A stretch of DNA of 63,397 nucleotides, the filler included, from Coriobacteriales bacterium (GTDB lineage Bacteria; Actinomycetota; Coriobacteriia; Coriobacteriales; UBA8131): assembly GCA_031263105.1 (NCBI GenBank). It is 7 parts of 7 records of this genome, joined end to end, with 100 filler letters (N's around TTAATTAATTAA, not from the genome) between each part and the next. Parts side by side here need not be neighbours in the genome. Positions count along the whole stretch, not along the records: positions 13,597 to 29,615 come from JAISGJ010000018.1; 6 more parts are not named here. One strand, given 5' to 3'. Both the position numbers and the translations under genes were made by a program. Below, one piece after another: positions 19,643 to 29,715 of this stretch. The stretch's first letter is position 1. Every line of letters begins with the position of its first letter. Below the pieces are notes generated by a model. It saw only the letters and a program-made list of their open reading frames with translations, was not told the origin of the DNA and did not search any database.

Positions 19643-20638
19643 GTGCCTCCCCTGCCGATCGTGCAGTTCGACAAGGTCTCCTATGGGTATGCGTCGCATG
19701 GACGGGCGCAGGGCGCAGGGCGTGACGGCGCAGGGCGCGGCGGGGGCGGCGCGGCGGGCGGGGGCGCCGGTGACGGCGGGGGCGCGGCGGGCGGCGGCAA
19801 CGCGGACAGCTCAGGCGGCGGGCCCGGCTCGGGCGGCGCGGGCAGCGGGCCCAGCGCCCGACCGGCCCTTGACGACCTGTCCCTCACGGTCGCACCCGGC
19901 GAGTTCGTCGCCGTCATAGGGGCGAACGGCTCGGGGAAGTCCACCCTTGCCAAGCACATAAACGCCCTGCTCGTCCCCCAAAGCGGCCGGGTGCTCACAC
20001 TGGGGCTCGACACCGCCGAGGCCGAGGCCGTCTTCGAGATACGCTCCCACGCGGGCATGGTGTTCCAGAACCCGGACTCGCAGATGGTCACCAGCGTCGT
20101 GGCCGACGACGTCGCCTTCGGGCCGGAGAACCTTGCCGTCCCCTACGAGGAGCTTGCCGCACGGGTGGACGACGCGCTCGATGCGGTGAAGATGACGCCC
20201 TTCTCCCAACGCAACCCCGCGCACCTCAGTGGCGGTCAGAAGCAGCGTGTCTGCATAGCGGGCGTGCTGGCGATGCACCCCGACGTCCTCATACTGGACG
20301 AGCCGGGCGCCATGCTCGACGCCCGGGGCCGCCGTGGCATCCGCCGCATCGTCCGCGAGCTCAACAGGGCCGGCATGACCGTCATCCTCATCACCCATTT
20401 CATGGAGGAGGCCGTGCTCGCCGACCGCGTGCTTGCCGTCGGCGAGGGGCGCATCGTGCTTGCGGGCAGCCCGCTTGAGGTCTTCTCCCAAAAGCAGCGG
20501 CTCCGCGAGCTCGCGCTCGACGTGCCCTTCTCGCTGCTCCTTGCCGAGGAGCTCCGTGCGCGCGGGCTGCCGGTCCCGGAGGTCGCCCGTCCCGAGGAGC
20601 TGAAGGAGGCGCTGTGCAGCTGGTATTCGACCAGGTAA
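19643..20638 (+). CDS. ecfA1: ECF transporter ATPase A1
   Basis: GANGSGKS, VFQNPDSQ, LSGGQKQR; Gly-rich insertion near N-terminus. Confidence 0.9.
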   Translation: MPPLPIVQFDKVSYGYASHGRAQGAGRDGAGRGGGGAAGGGAGDGGGAAGGGNADSSGGGPGSGGAGSGPSARPALDDLSLTVAPGEFVAVIGANGSGKSTLAKHINALLVPQSGRVLTLGLDTAEAEAVFEIRSHAGMVFQNPDSQMVTSVVADDVAFGPENLAVPYEELAARVDDALDAVKMTPFSQRNPAHLSGGQKQRVCIAGVLAMHPDVLILDEPGAMLDARGRRGIRRIVRELNRAGMTVILITHFMEEAVLADRVLAVGEGRIVLAGSPLEVFSQKQRLRELALDVPFSLLLAEELRARGLPVPEVARPEELKEALCSWYSTR

Positions 20639-21558
20639 GCTACACCTACTCCTCGCACGAGGGCGAGATCGCGGCCCTGCGCGGGCTCTCGTTGAGCGTC
20701 GGCGAGGGAGAGTTCCTCGGCATCATCGGGCACACGGGCAGCGGCAAATCGACGCTGCTCCAACTGATGGGGGGGCTTTTGGCGCCCAGCGCCGGAAGGG
20801 TGCTGCTGGACGGCCAGGACCTGAAGGACAGGCAGGTCAGGCGCAACCTGCCTACCCGTGTGGGGCTCGCCTTCCAATACCCCGAACAGCAGCTTTTCGC
20901 CCCCACGGTCGCCGAGGACATCGGTTTCGCGCCGCGCAACGCAGGGCTTTCTGCCGCCGAGACGGACGAGCGGGTGCGCTTCGCCATGCGGCTTTTGCGC
21001 CTGGACTACGATCGCTATGCCTCCCTCTCCCCCTTCGAGCTCTCCGGCGGCGAGATGCGCCGCGTCGCCCTCGCAGGGGTGATAGCCTCGCGTCCCCGCC
21101 TGCTGATACTCGACGAGCCGACCGCAGGGCTCGACCCCGCAGGGCGCAGGGGGCTCACGGCCGTCATCGAGGAGTACCACCGCGAGGGGGCGGGCATCGT
21201 GATGGTGTCGCACAGCATGGACGACATCGCACGCCTCGCCACGCAGGTGCTCGTGCTGAAGGACGGCGCGGCCGTATGGCACGGCACGCCCCGAGCGGTG
21301 TTCTCCCATGCGGAGGAGCTGCGCGCGATGAGCCTCGGCGTGCCCCAGGCGGCGGCGTTCGCGGCCGACCTGCGAGCAAGTGGGCTGCCGCTGCCCGAGG
21401 GCCTGCTCACCATAGAGGCGCTGGCGGACGCGCTGGCGGCGATGGGCGGGGCGGGCACGGGGGCGGGGACGGCAGGCGCACAGAGGGAGACGGGCGAGGC
21501 GACGGGGGCCGCACACACGAGCGCGGACGCGGGGACAGGGGCCCACCATGGCCTTTGA
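20614..21558 (+). CDS. ecfA2: ECF transporter ATPase A2
   Basis: GHTGSGKS, FQYPEQQLF, SPFELSGGEMRRVA. Confidence 0.9.
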   Translation: MQLVFDQVSYTYSSHEGEIAALRGLSLSVGEGEFLGIIGHTGSGKSTLLQLMGGLLAPSAGRVLLDGQDLKDRQVRRNLPTRVGLAFQYPEQQLFAPTVAEDIGFAPRNAGLSAAETDERVRFAMRLLRLDYDRYASLSPFELSGGEMRRVALAGVIASRPRLLILDEPTAGLDPAGRRGLTAVIEEYHREGAGIVMVSHSMDDIARLATQVLVLKDGAAVWHGTPRAVFSHAEELRAMSLGVPQAAAFAADLRASGLPLPEGLLTIEALADALAAMGGAGTGAGTAGAQRETGEATGAAHTSADAGTGAHHGL

Positions 21559-22342
21559 CATAACCATCGGCCAGTTCCACCCTGCCGACTCCCTCGTCCA
21601 TCGCCTCGACCCCCGCATCAAGACGACCCTGCTCCTCGTCCTCGTCGTGGCCGTGTTCTTCGCGGACGGCTTTGCGGGGCTCGGGCTCGTCCTCCTCTTC
21701 CTGCTCGCCGTGATGGCGCTCTCCGCCTTGACGCCCGGCCTTGTCCTCAAGGCAGCAGCGCCCCTGTGCATCCTGCTCGTGTTCCCCCTGCTGTTCAACG
21801 TCTTCTTCACCCCGGACGGCACGCCGCTCGTCTCCTGGGGCGTCGTCCACATCACCGACGAGGGGCTGTACCGCGCCCTGTTCATGACGCTCCGCCTGCT
21901 GCTGCTGTTCGTGAGCGCGGTGCTGCTCACGCTCACGACCTCGCCCATCGCGCTCTGCGACGCCACGGCGTCCATGCTCAGGCCCTTCAGGCGCATCGGC
22001 GTGCCCGCCTACGAGCTGTCGATGATGATGAGCATAGCGCTGCGCTTCATCCCCACTCTGCTGGAGGACTTCGACCACATACGGAAGGCCCAGCGCTCCC
22101 GTGGCGCGGTGTTCGACCGTGGCGGGCCCCTCGCGCGGCTGCGGGCGCTCCTCCCCTGCCTGGTGCCGCTGTTCGCGCAGTCGTTCCGCCATGCGGAGGA
22201 GCTCGCCCTGGCGATGGAGAGCCGCTGCTACCACGGCGGCGAGCACCGCACGCACTACCACCTCCTCAAGATACGGACGGCAGACGTCGCAGCCGCAATC
22301 GCCTGCTGCGCCCTGCTCGTGGTGATGGTCGTGTGGCTGTAG
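21548..22342 (+). CDS. ecfT: ECF transporter T component
   Basis: HRLDPRIK, IALRFIPTL, AQRSRG, AMESRCY. Confidence 0.92.
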   Translation: MAFDITIGQFHPADSLVHRLDPRIKTTLLLVLVVAVFFADGFAGLGLVLLFLLAVMALSALTPGLVLKAAAPLCILLVFPLLFNVFFTPDGTPLVSWGVVHITDEGLYRALFMTLRLLLLFVSAVLLTLTTSPIALCDATASMLRPFRRIGVPAYELSMMMSIALRFIPTLLEDFDHIRKAQRSRGAVFDRGGPLARLRALLPCLVPLFAQSFRHAEELALAMESRCYHGGEHRTHYHLLKIRTADVAAAIACCALLVVMVVWL

Positions 22343-22346
22343 GGGA

Positions 22347-22466
22347 TTAAAGGAGCGGGTTCTTGGCCGCCTGCTCGATGATGTTGTACACCTGCCTCCT
22401 CACAGACCCGTCCAGACGCTCGATGTCCTTGTCGGTCTCGGGAAGGTATTCTGTGCCCCACGTCAT
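22347..22466 (-). pseudogene. Truncated RelE/ParE-family toxin (39 aa)
   Basis: ATGA overlap with antitoxin; MTWGTEYLPETDKDIERLDGSVRRQVYNIIEQAAKNPLL* resembles a RelE N-terminus only. Confidence 0.7.
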
Positions 22467-22786
22467 TCGAACTCGATCTCCAGGCTGTCGTCGAGGTCGG
22501 CTTCGCTTAAGCCATACTTCGCCCAAATCTCAGCAGCCGGTATCGCCCGCGACTCCCAGTCGCCCTGCATCCGCTCGTCGGCCAACTGCAGGAGGCAGAG
22601 ATCCTCGTCGGCCTCCTTAAGACGCCTGTACTCGTCCAGCGAGAGGATGACGGCGACAGGGGCGTTGTTCTTCAGCACGATCAGCTCGCGCTCCGTCTTC
22701 ACGCGCTCGAATATCCGAGACGACTGGCCCTTGTTGAAGAGGGTGATGGGCACGAGGCGGTCTATCGCGTCTGCCAGAGGACTCAT
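22463..22786 (-). CDS. Phd/YefM family antitoxin
   Basis: VPITLFNKGQSSRIFERVK, IVLKNNAPVAVILS. Confidence 0.85.
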   Translation of the reverse strand: MSPLADAIDRLVPITLFNKGQSSRIFERVKTERELIVLKNNAPVAVILSLDEYRRLKEADEDLCLLQLADERMQGDWESRAIPAAEIWAKYGLSEADLDDSLEIEFE

Positions 22787-22895
22787 GCTGCGCTCCTTTG
22801 CTGCGGCTCGGTGTGCTGGAACTTTCTACAGCGTATTGTAATGCTTATTTTCCATGTTTGCAACCGTTGATGAGAGAGTTACCCTAAGGAGGAGA

Positions 22896-23084
22896 TCAAT
22901 CCCTCTCCTGCTTCGCGGCGAGGGCCTCTTCGAGGGCGGCCATCTGGCGTTCGGTGCGCTTGAAGCCGAGGGCGACGACGAGGATGTAGGCGAGGAGCAC
23001 GAGCCACATGAGGGCGTAGGCGGCGATGACGTAGGGGGCGGCTGTCAGTACGGTGCTGTAGATCTCTGCCAAAATGGGGTCCAT
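22896..23084 (-). CDS. ccmD: CcmD-like small membrane protein
   Basis: YVIAAYALMW single TM plus charged tail, directly after ccmC. Confidence 0.65.
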   Translation of the reverse strand: MDPILAEIYSTVLTAAPYVIAAYALMWLVLLAYILVVALGFKRTERQMAALEEALAAKQERD

Positions 23085-23086
23085 GG

Positions 23087-23899
23087 TCAATCCTCCAAAC
23101 GTTTCTTCAGAACCTCCAGGCGCTCGCGCAGCCTTTGCTCGCGCAGGCGGATGCAGTACAGGCTGAACGCGATACAGGACATGCCCATCAGGGCGAGCAG
23201 CAGGGGCAGGAGCATGGGGGGCGGCAGGCCCGAGTCGGTGCGGAACACCACCGGATGCACGCCCGAGGGCACGAGGCGCGTGATGAGCAGGCTGATGGGC
23301 GCGTTGATGGCGGCGATGATGCCGAAGACCGAGGAGTAGACGGCGCGGCGCTCGGGGTCGTCCACGGCATTGCGCAGGACAAAGTAGGCGACGACCATCA
23401 GCATGAGGATGAGATAGGAGGTCAGGCGCGGCTCCCAGGTCCACCAGACGCCCCATTCGAAGCGCTCCCACATCTCGCCGGTGACCATCGTCATGAGGAT
23501 GAAGACGAGCGCCACCTCGGTCGCGACCTTCGCGCTGAGGTCGAAGCGACGGTCACGCTTGACGAGGAACAGCACGCCGAACAACGCCGTGAACAGCAGG
23601 GCGACGAGACTGACGACCGCCACGGGCATGTGGAAGTAGAAGATCTTTTGGGAGAGGAGCAGCTTGTTCGTCACCATCTGGCCGCCGATGAGGGCGGGCA
23701 CGTCCACCTCGGCCCCGTGCACGAGCGGCGCGGTCGTGAAACCGAGCACGAAGGCACAGGTCGTGAGCAGCGCGCCCAAGACGAGGAGCGGGACGGCCAC
23801 CACATCGACGATGGGAACGGGGCGGGAGGCACCGAGGGGCCTGCCGCTGTCACCTGGGCCTTTGACGGCCGAGGCCGCACTGCCGAACGTATCGCTCAT
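23087..23899 (-). CDS. ccmC: Heme exporter/cytochrome c assembly protein C
   Basis: IFYFHMP, WGVWWTWEPRLT WWD domain, HP motif. Confidence 0.9.
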   Translation of the reverse strand: MSDTFGSAASAVKGPGDSGRPLGASRPVPIVDVVAVPLLVLGALLTTCAFVLGFTTAPLVHGAEVDVPALIGGQMVTNKLLLSQKIFYFHMPVAVVSLVALLFTALFGVLFLVKRDRRFDLSAKVATEVALVFILMTMVTGEMWERFEWGVWWTWEPRLTSYLILMLMVVAYFVLRNAVDDPERRAVYSSVFGIIAAINAPISLLITRLVPSGVHPVVFRTDSGLPPPMLLPLLLALMGMSCIAFSLYCIRLREQRLRERLEVLKKRLED

Positions 23900-23980
23900 A
23901 CCTTCCACCTTTCCCAGAAGCGGACGCGGGGCGGGCCTTGCCGCCTGCGACAGCCGCAGCGCCCGCAGCTCCCGCAGCAT

Positions 23981-24176
23981 TACTGGTCACGCCCCACTGT
24001 CATTCCGAGCCCCGCCGAGGAATCTTCGACCGCGTCAGCGGTCGACTGCGGCCAGAGGGCGCTTCGACCTGCGGTCGGCTGCTTCGCAGCCGAGGATTCC
24101 TCGGCGGAGTTCATCCTGAGCGCAGCGAAGGACCTTCGCTGCGCTCGGAATGACAGTGGGGGTGTGACCAGTAACC
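23981..24176. repeat. Family A full copy between ccmB and ccmC
   Basis: tactggtcacgccccactgtcattccgagc ... gctcggaatgacagtgggggtgtgaccagta. Confidence 0.9.
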
Positions 24177-24197
24177 CCGCAGCTCCCGCAGCGGCTC

Positions 24198-24953
24198 TCA
24201 TGCGCTCACCACGAAATCATACAGAAGCCAAGACACCAGTACCATCACAACATCGTAACCGATTGCCAACGCGAGCGCAGGCACGTAGGTCGCCATCAGG
24301 GCGTCGCTGCCGAGCATCGCCGCCGTGGTCGCGGCCACGCAGGCATAGAGCAAAGGGAAGGCCAACGGGATGAAGAGCACCGCCAGCAGCACGTCCCTGC
24401 CCCGCGTGTCCATGGTGATGGTCGAGAGCAGGGTGCCTATCCCCACGATGCCGACCGTCCCTGCGAGCAGGGGCCCGAGCGCCAAGGCGGATGTGGGCGC
24501 GAGGTCGCTGCCCGTAAGGAAGAAGAAGTAGAACAGCGGCAGCGCCACCAGCTCCACGATTGCAAGGAACAGCAGGTTTGAGGTCGCCTTCGCGAGGAAG
24601 ATGACCGAGCGGTCGAGGGGCGCAAGCAGGATGCCCTCCAGCGAGCCCTCCTCCTTCTCGTGGGAGAACGAGCGGTTGAGCCCCAACAGGGACGTGAACA
24701 CGATGAGCGCCCATATGAGGCCGCCGCTCATCTGCAGGATGTCGAAGCCGCTCGGCGTCTGGGAGAGCGCCGCCCCGAAGACCACGAGCACGAGCAGGGC
24801 ATAGACGCCCATGGAGGTGAGCATCTCGCGGGTGCGGAACTCGTGGCGCAGGTCCTTGGCGAGAAGGGTGCGGTACTGGGCGAGGCCCGAGGGGCGAGGG
24901 GGGCGCCGGGTGCCGCCCGTGCCGCCTGTGCTGCCTGTGGGCTGCGCCCTCAT
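24198..24953 (-). CDS. ccmB: Heme exporter protein B
   Basis: KDLRHEFR, SFSHEKEEGSLEGILLAP, six TMs. Confidence 0.9.
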   Translation of the reverse strand: MRAQPTGSTGGTGGTRRPPRPSGLAQYRTLLAKDLRHEFRTREMLTSMGVYALLVLVVFGAALSQTPSGFDILQMSGGLIWALIVFTSLLGLNRSFSHEKEEGSLEGILLAPLDRSVIFLAKATSNLLFLAIVELVALPLFYFFFLTGSDLAPTSALALGPLLAGTVGIVGIGTLLSTITMDTRGRDVLLAVLFIPLAFPLLYACVAATTAAMLGSDALMATYVPALALAIGYDVVMVLVSWLLYDFVVSA

Positions 24954-25687
24954 GGGGCCTCCCTGCCGACGAGGCCGTGATAGCGCGCGGAGAAGTCGTC
25001 GAAGGCGAGGCCGCTGCTTCGCGCGAAGACGGCCGTGCGCCCCTTGGAGAGCAGAAGCACGTGCGTGCACAGGTCGAAGCCCTTGCGCAGGTCATGGCTC
25101 ACCATGACGATGCTGCGGCCCGTGCGCATGTCTGCCAGCAGGCCGTCGAGGATCTGCGCGGCGTGGGGGTCGAGACCGGAGTACGGCTCGTCGAGCAGGA
25201 CGAGCTGCGGGTCGTGGACGAGCGCACGGGCGATGGACAGCCGCTGGGCCATGCCGCGCGAGAACGAGCGCACCGCATCGTGGCGGCGTGCGGAAAGCTC
25301 CACGGTGGCAAGCATCTGCGAGACGCGCTGCGCAGGGTCTGCGACGCCGTAGAGCCGCGCGGCAAAGAGCAGGTTCTCCTCGGCGGTGAGGTCGGGGTAG
25401 AGCAGGGAGCGATGGGCGAGAAGGCCGATGCGCTCCCGCACCTCGTCGGGCTGCTCCTTGAGGTCGTAGCCGAGCACGCGCACCGTTCCCGCACTGGGAC
25501 GCGCAAGCGTCGCCAGGACACGCAGCAACGTGGTCTTGCCGGCGCCGTTGTGGCCGAAGACGGAGAGGAAGGCGCCTTGTTCGAGCTCGAAGCCCACGCC
25601 TTCGAGCGCCTTGCGGGCCCCGAAGGCCTTGGAGAGCCCCGCCACCTCAAGGGCGGGGGCGGCATCCTCGGGTGACCGGGAAGTCAC
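24950..25687 (-). CDS. ccmA: Heme exporter ATP-binding protein
   Basis: GHNGAGKTT, FSRGMAQR, LLDEPY; operon context. Confidence 0.88.
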   Translation of the reverse strand: MTSRSPEDAAPALEVAGLSKAFGARKALEGVGFELEQGAFLSVFGHNGAGKTTLLRVLATLARPSAGTVRVLGYDLKEQPDEVRERIGLLAHRSLLYPDLTAEENLLFAARLYGVADPAQRVSQMLATVELSARRHDAVRSFSRGMAQRLSIARALVHDPQLVLLDEPYSGLDPHAAQILDGLLADMRTGRSIVMVSHDLRKGFDLCTHVLLLSKGRTAVFARSSGLAFDDFSARYHGLVGREAP

Positions 25688-27993
25688 GAGGCGGGCCCCT
25701 CGGCATCCTGTGCGCCCACGTCGGGGGCGGGCCCTGCGGCCGATGCCGGAGCGACGGCCTCGGGGCCGTCCTTTGTCCGGGGTCTGAAGCGGCCGAGGGC
25801 GGCTATGGCGGTGCCGAGCATCAGGAGGGCGAATCCTGCCCAGACGAAGGAGATGCAGGGGTTGACGAAGGCGCTCAGAGAGAGGTCGCCCTCGTCGTTG
25901 ACGCCGTTGTACACGACGAACAGGTCCTCAAGCGGCGCGCTCAACACGGCCGCCAAGGGCTTGCGCTGCTGGGTCGCCTCGACGAGTTCGATGCCCGGCG
26001 AGACCTTGCCCCGGTACGTCTCGCCCTGATAGACGTCGAAGGTCACGTGGTAGGTGGCCTCGCCGCTCCTTTGGGAGGAGATATCGTTCGTCACGTAGAC
26101 GAGCCGGTAGTCCCTGACGACGAACTCGCCGGTGGCCGTGTCGTTCTCCTCGTCGAAGGGGAGGTAGCCGGAGGACTCGGTCACGTACATGGACGAGCCG
26201 ATGAGCCCCACGAGGATGACGGCCATGGACGCATGAGCCAAGAAGCCGCCGACGGTCGAGGCGTTCCGGCGCAGGGCCGCAAAGAACGCGACGACGACGT
26301 TTGCGCCCCTGCTGCGGGCCACGCCGCCGACCACCCTCCCCACCATGAACAGCGAGTTCATGAGCAGCAGCGAGGCCACCAAAAAGCCCAGCAGCGTGAG
26401 GGCGAAGTAATACCATGCGGGGCCGGACTCGAGCAGCGTCGCCGCAGCCGCGCCGCCCGCAGCCGCCCGCGCCTGATAGGCAGGCATGAGGGTGGTGAGG
26501 AAGTACACGACAAGCGCGGCGAAGACCACGAGCGCGGCACAGGCGGGGACGCGCGCCTTCCTGACGAAGGCCTGCCGGTCGGCCTTTGCCCACGAGAACA
26601 GCGGGCCCACGGCCATGAGCAGGCAGTAGAGGATGCCCAGAGGCCGCGCGATGGCATTGTAGGTCGAGGCGGAAAGCGAGAGGCCCCCATACGGCATCCA
26701 TGAGGGAAGCGCCGAGCTGAGCGTGAGGTAGGCGAGGACGAAGGCGCTCAAGGTCAGGACGACGTTGTTGAAGTAGTAGGCGACGTCCTTGGTGAACAGG
26801 GAGTCCCCCAACTCGTCGCCGCCGCCCTGCGCACCGAAGCTCCTCCTCCGTATGAGCAGGCCGACGACGCCTGCGAGCACGGACAGGACGATGAGGGCGC
26901 AGAACAGCACGAGCGAGACCTGGTCGCCCTCGAAGGCGTGGACGGAGTTCTGCACGACGCCGGAGCGCGTGATGAAGGTGCCGACGATGACAAAGGCGAA
27001 GGTGAGGCAGGCGCACATGACCGACCAGCGCTTGAAGGCGCCGCGCTGGCGATAGACGGTGAAGCTGTGCACGAGGGCCGCAGCGAGCAGCCAGGAGAGG
27101 AGGCTGGCGTTCTCGACAGGGTCCCAACCCCAATAGCCGCCCCATCCGAGCACGACATAGGCCCAGACGGCGCCCAGCCCTATGCCGATGCCGAGGAGCA
27201 CCCACGAGAACAGCGCGTAGCGGCGCGAGCGTTCGACCCATGCCTTGGACGGGTCGTTGACGACAAGGGCGGCAAGGGCATAGGCGAAGGGGACGGTGGC
27301 GCCCGCATAGCCGACGAAGAGCGTGGGCGGATGGATGGCCATCGCCCAGTGCTCGAGCAGGAGGTTCATGCCGAGCACGAGGCTGGGCTTCAGCGGGGTG
27401 CCGTCCGCAAGGACGGTGGAGTCCTGCAGGAGCTGCTCGAAGGTCCTGAGGTTGCCCTGCGCGTCGAGGTAATGCGGGTCGAGCGGCATGAAGGGCATGT
27501 TGCCCTCGGAGAACAGAAGGACGATGACGAAGGCGAGCGTGACGAGCTGGATGACGAGCAGCGCCATGCTGTCGAGCGCCTCGCGCCTTTTGATGTTGCG
27601 CAGGGCGACGACGGCACCGAAGACCCCTATGAGCCACGCCCAGAACAGGAGCGAACCCTCCCTGCCGCCCCAGAGCCCGGAGAGACGGTAGAGCAGGGCC
27701 CCGGGACCCGTGGCGTCGCTGTGCTGCTGGACGACGTATTCGAGGGATATGTCGCCCGTAAGGAAGCAGAAGACGAGGACGGCGCAGCCCAAGGTGAGGG
27801 CAAGCGTCGTTGTGAGCGTCGCGAGATAGGCGACGAGGCCGACCCTCCTCGCAAGGCGCGTGTAGCGTGCCCCGGTCGCCTTGTCCACACCTTCCATCGA
27901 GCCTGCGACAAGGCGCTCGACGAGGAACGCGCCGAGGGATATGACGATGGCGACGAACGCCAGCCCCAGCGAGACGATGCCTGTTATTGCCAT
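25684..27993 (-). CDS. ccmF: Cytochrome c heme lyase
   Basis: WGGREGSLLFW, IHPP, WAYVVLGWGGYWGWDPVEN, TRSG..SVHAF. Confidence 0.93.
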   Translation of the reverse strand: MAITGIVSLGLAFVAIVISLGAFLVERLVAGSMEGVDKATGARYTRLARRVGLVAYLATLTTTLALTLGCAVLVFCFLTGDISLEYVVQQHSDATGPGALLYRLSGLWGGREGSLLFWAWLIGVFGAVVALRNIKRREALDSMALLVIQLVTLAFVIVLLFSEGNMPFMPLDPHYLDAQGNLRTFEQLLQDSTVLADGTPLKPSLVLGMNLLLEHWAMAIHPPTLFVGYAGATVPFAYALAALVVNDPSKAWVERSRRYALFSWVLLGIGIGLGAVWAYVVLGWGGYWGWDPVENASLLSWLLAAALVHSFTVYRQRGAFKRWSVMCACLTFAFVIVGTFITRSGVVQNSVHAFEGDQVSLVLFCALIVLSVLAGVVGLLIRRRSFGAQGGGDELGDSLFTKDVAYYFNNVVLTLSAFVLAYLTLSSALPSWMPYGGLSLSASTYNAIARPLGILYCLLMAVGPLFSWAKADRQAFVRKARVPACAALVVFAALVVYFLTTLMPAYQARAAAGGAAAATLLESGPAWYYFALTLLGFLVASLLLMNSLFMVGRVVGGVARSRGANVVVAFFAALRRNASTVGGFLAHASMAVILVGLIGSSMYVTESSGYLPFDEENDTATGEFVVRDYRLVYVTNDISSQRSGEATYHVTFDVYQGETYRGKVSPGIELVEATQQRKPLAAVLSAPLEDLFVVYNGVNDEGDLSLSAFVNPCISFVWAGFALLMLGTAIAALGRFRPRTKDGPEAVAPASAAGPAPDVGAQDAEGPAS

Positions 27994-27997
27994 GTGG

Positions 27998-28732
27998 TTA
28001 TCCTTTCAGGGCGACGTCCGTCGCCTCGAACTGCCCCGATGAGTTCAGCCAGCCAGTCAGGACAAGGGAGCTGCCGTCGCCCACCTCGTCGGACAGTGCC
28101 CCGTCGTAGAGGACGGGAAGGCCATCGGCGGGGGCGGGGGCCGCGCCGCCGGAGGCGCTGTCGTCGGCGGGGGCGGCGGAGGCGCCGTCCTTGTCGCCAG
28201 ACCCTTCGCCGACCAGCACGAAGCGCTCCCCTCCCCCGACCGGCGAGAGGGTCCCCGCCTTCAGCGCGCCGGTCACCTTCACCGGCTTGCCGACGATCTG
28301 CTCCCCATAGGACAGCAGCTGCCCGACGGTGAGGGCATCGGCGGAGTTCTCGTATTTGGAAGGGCACTTCGTGACGAGCTCCGTGCACAGGAGGATCCCC
28401 GCAGGGTCGATGACCCCCGTGCAGATGGCGCTCACCTGGTTGCCGAAGGTCGCAGAGACGCCCTTGTCGTAGCTGACCCTCAGCTGGGGCTGCGAGGGCT
28501 CGTCCTCGTCGTAGATGGCGAAGGTGAGCACGTTGCCGTCGATGGCGTAGGAGTTATCGACCACCTTGCCCGTGACCTGCACCTTTGTGCCGATATAGGA
28601 GCCGCTGGCAGCCTCGGCGACGCTTACGACCCGGGAGGCGGTCGTGCCCGCGACGATGGCCAGCACAGCGACGACGACTATGACGATAACGCCGGTCACC
28701 ACGATAAGCCGCCGCCTCAACCTGCTGTTCAC
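27998..28732 (-). CDS. ccmE: Heme chaperone CcmE, CxxxY variant, with duplicated domain
   Basis: TM anchor, KVQVTG..TKCPSKY, second KVTG..LPVLYDG module; GTG after GGAGG. Confidence 0.8.
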   Translation of the reverse strand: MNSRLRRRLIVVTGVIVIVVVAVLAIVAGTTASRVVSVAEAASGSYIGTKVQVTGKVVDNSYAIDGNVLTFAIYDEDEPSQPQLRVSYDKGVSATFGNQVSAICTGVIDPAGILLCTELVTKCPSKYENSADALTVGQLLSYGEQIVGKPVKVTGALKAGTLSPVGGGERFVLVGEGSGDKDGASAAPADDSASGGAAPAPADGLPVLYDGALSDEVGDGSSLVLTGWLNSSGQFEATDVALKG

Positions 28733-28868
28733 CAAAGCCTCCTTCAGGGACGATGCGTTCTCACTACAAGAACGTCCATTATACTATGCCGCCGACGCGC
28801 TGGCGCAGGGGGCACGGACTGTGAAGGAGAAGGCAGGGAGAAGCCCCATGGCCGGAAGGGAGAAGCCC

Positions 28869-29303
28869 TCAGATGACGAAGTCCCACATGTCCTCGTCGC
28901 GGTGGGCGTCGAGGATGTCTTGCAGGGTCAGCGTGTCGAGGTAGCCCGCGACCACCTCGCCCAGCCCGTCCCATACCTCCTGGGCCATGACGCCGACGCG
29001 GCGGTCGCTCGCCTCGGTGAGGTCGAGCGGCTCCACGGGGTCGAGCGAGCCTTCCGTGATGCGGAGGATGTCGCCGACGGAATAGCCGTCCACAGGGCGG
29101 TTGAGCTGATAGCCGCCCTGGTAGCCGCGAACCGTGTTGAAGAAGTCCGCCTTGTTGAGCAGCACCATGATCTGTTCGAGATAGGTCTTCGAGATGCCTT
29201 GGCGGTCGGCCACCTCGCGCAGCCGTATGTAGCCGTCGTTGGCGTGCTCCGCAAAGTCGAGCATGACCTTCAGAGCGTACTGCCCCTTGGTTGATATCTT
29301 CAT
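28869..29303 (-). CDS. Rrf2 family regulator without Cys (CymR-like)
   Basis: MKISTKGQYAL, YLEQI, RGYQGGYQL; no cysteines. Confidence 0.88.
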   Translation of the reverse strand: MKISTKGQYALKVMLDFAEHANDGYIRLREVADRQGISKTYLEQIMVLLNKADFFNTVRGYQGGYQLNRPVDGYSVGDILRITEGSLDPVEPLDLTEASDRRVGVMAQEVWDGLGEVVAGYLDTLTLQDILDAHRDEDMWDFVI

Positions 29304-29368
29304 CGCTGTTCTCCTAACGGCCGCCAAGTCGGTGAGCGCGAACCCTGCGGCACTTCCGGTGTCCTACC

Positions 29369-29408
29369 AGTGTACCGCTAGAAACCGAGAAATCCTACAG
29401 GGAATAGG
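29369..29408 (-). promoter_or_regulatory. Candidate Rrf2 promoter with overlapping operator
   Basis: -10 TACACT (29369-29374); CCTA-N7-TAGG palindrome at 29394-29408 over the -35 position. Confidence 0.35.
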
Positions 29409-29445
29409 GGTATTCCTTGACAGGACGCTCCCCGACGCTACACGT

Positions 29446-29615
29446 CACACCTCACTGCCATCCCGAGCCCCCACTGCCATCCCGAGCCCCCACTGCCATC
29501 CCGAGCCCCCACTGTCATCCCGAGCCCCCACTGTCATCCCGAGCCCCCACTGTCATCCCGAGCCCCCACTGTCATCCCGAGCCTGCCGAGGGATCCTCGA
29601 CCGCGCAAGCGGTCG
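29446..29615. repeat. Family A left arm with tandem 19-nt units
   Basis: (ccgagcccccactgycatc)n up to the contig end. Confidence 0.9.
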
Positions 29616-29715
29616 NNNNNNNNNNNNNNNNNNNNNNNNNNNNNNNNNNNNNNNNNNNNTTAATTAATTAANNNNNNNNNNNNNNNNNNNNNNNNNNNNN
29701 NNNNNNNNNNNNNNN

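Noticed and set aside
29446..29615. Tandem arrays (also 13597, 34985, 52739, 60318) as CRISPR arrays
   Set aside because: Units are contiguous 18-19-mers with no unique spacers, and there are no cas genes
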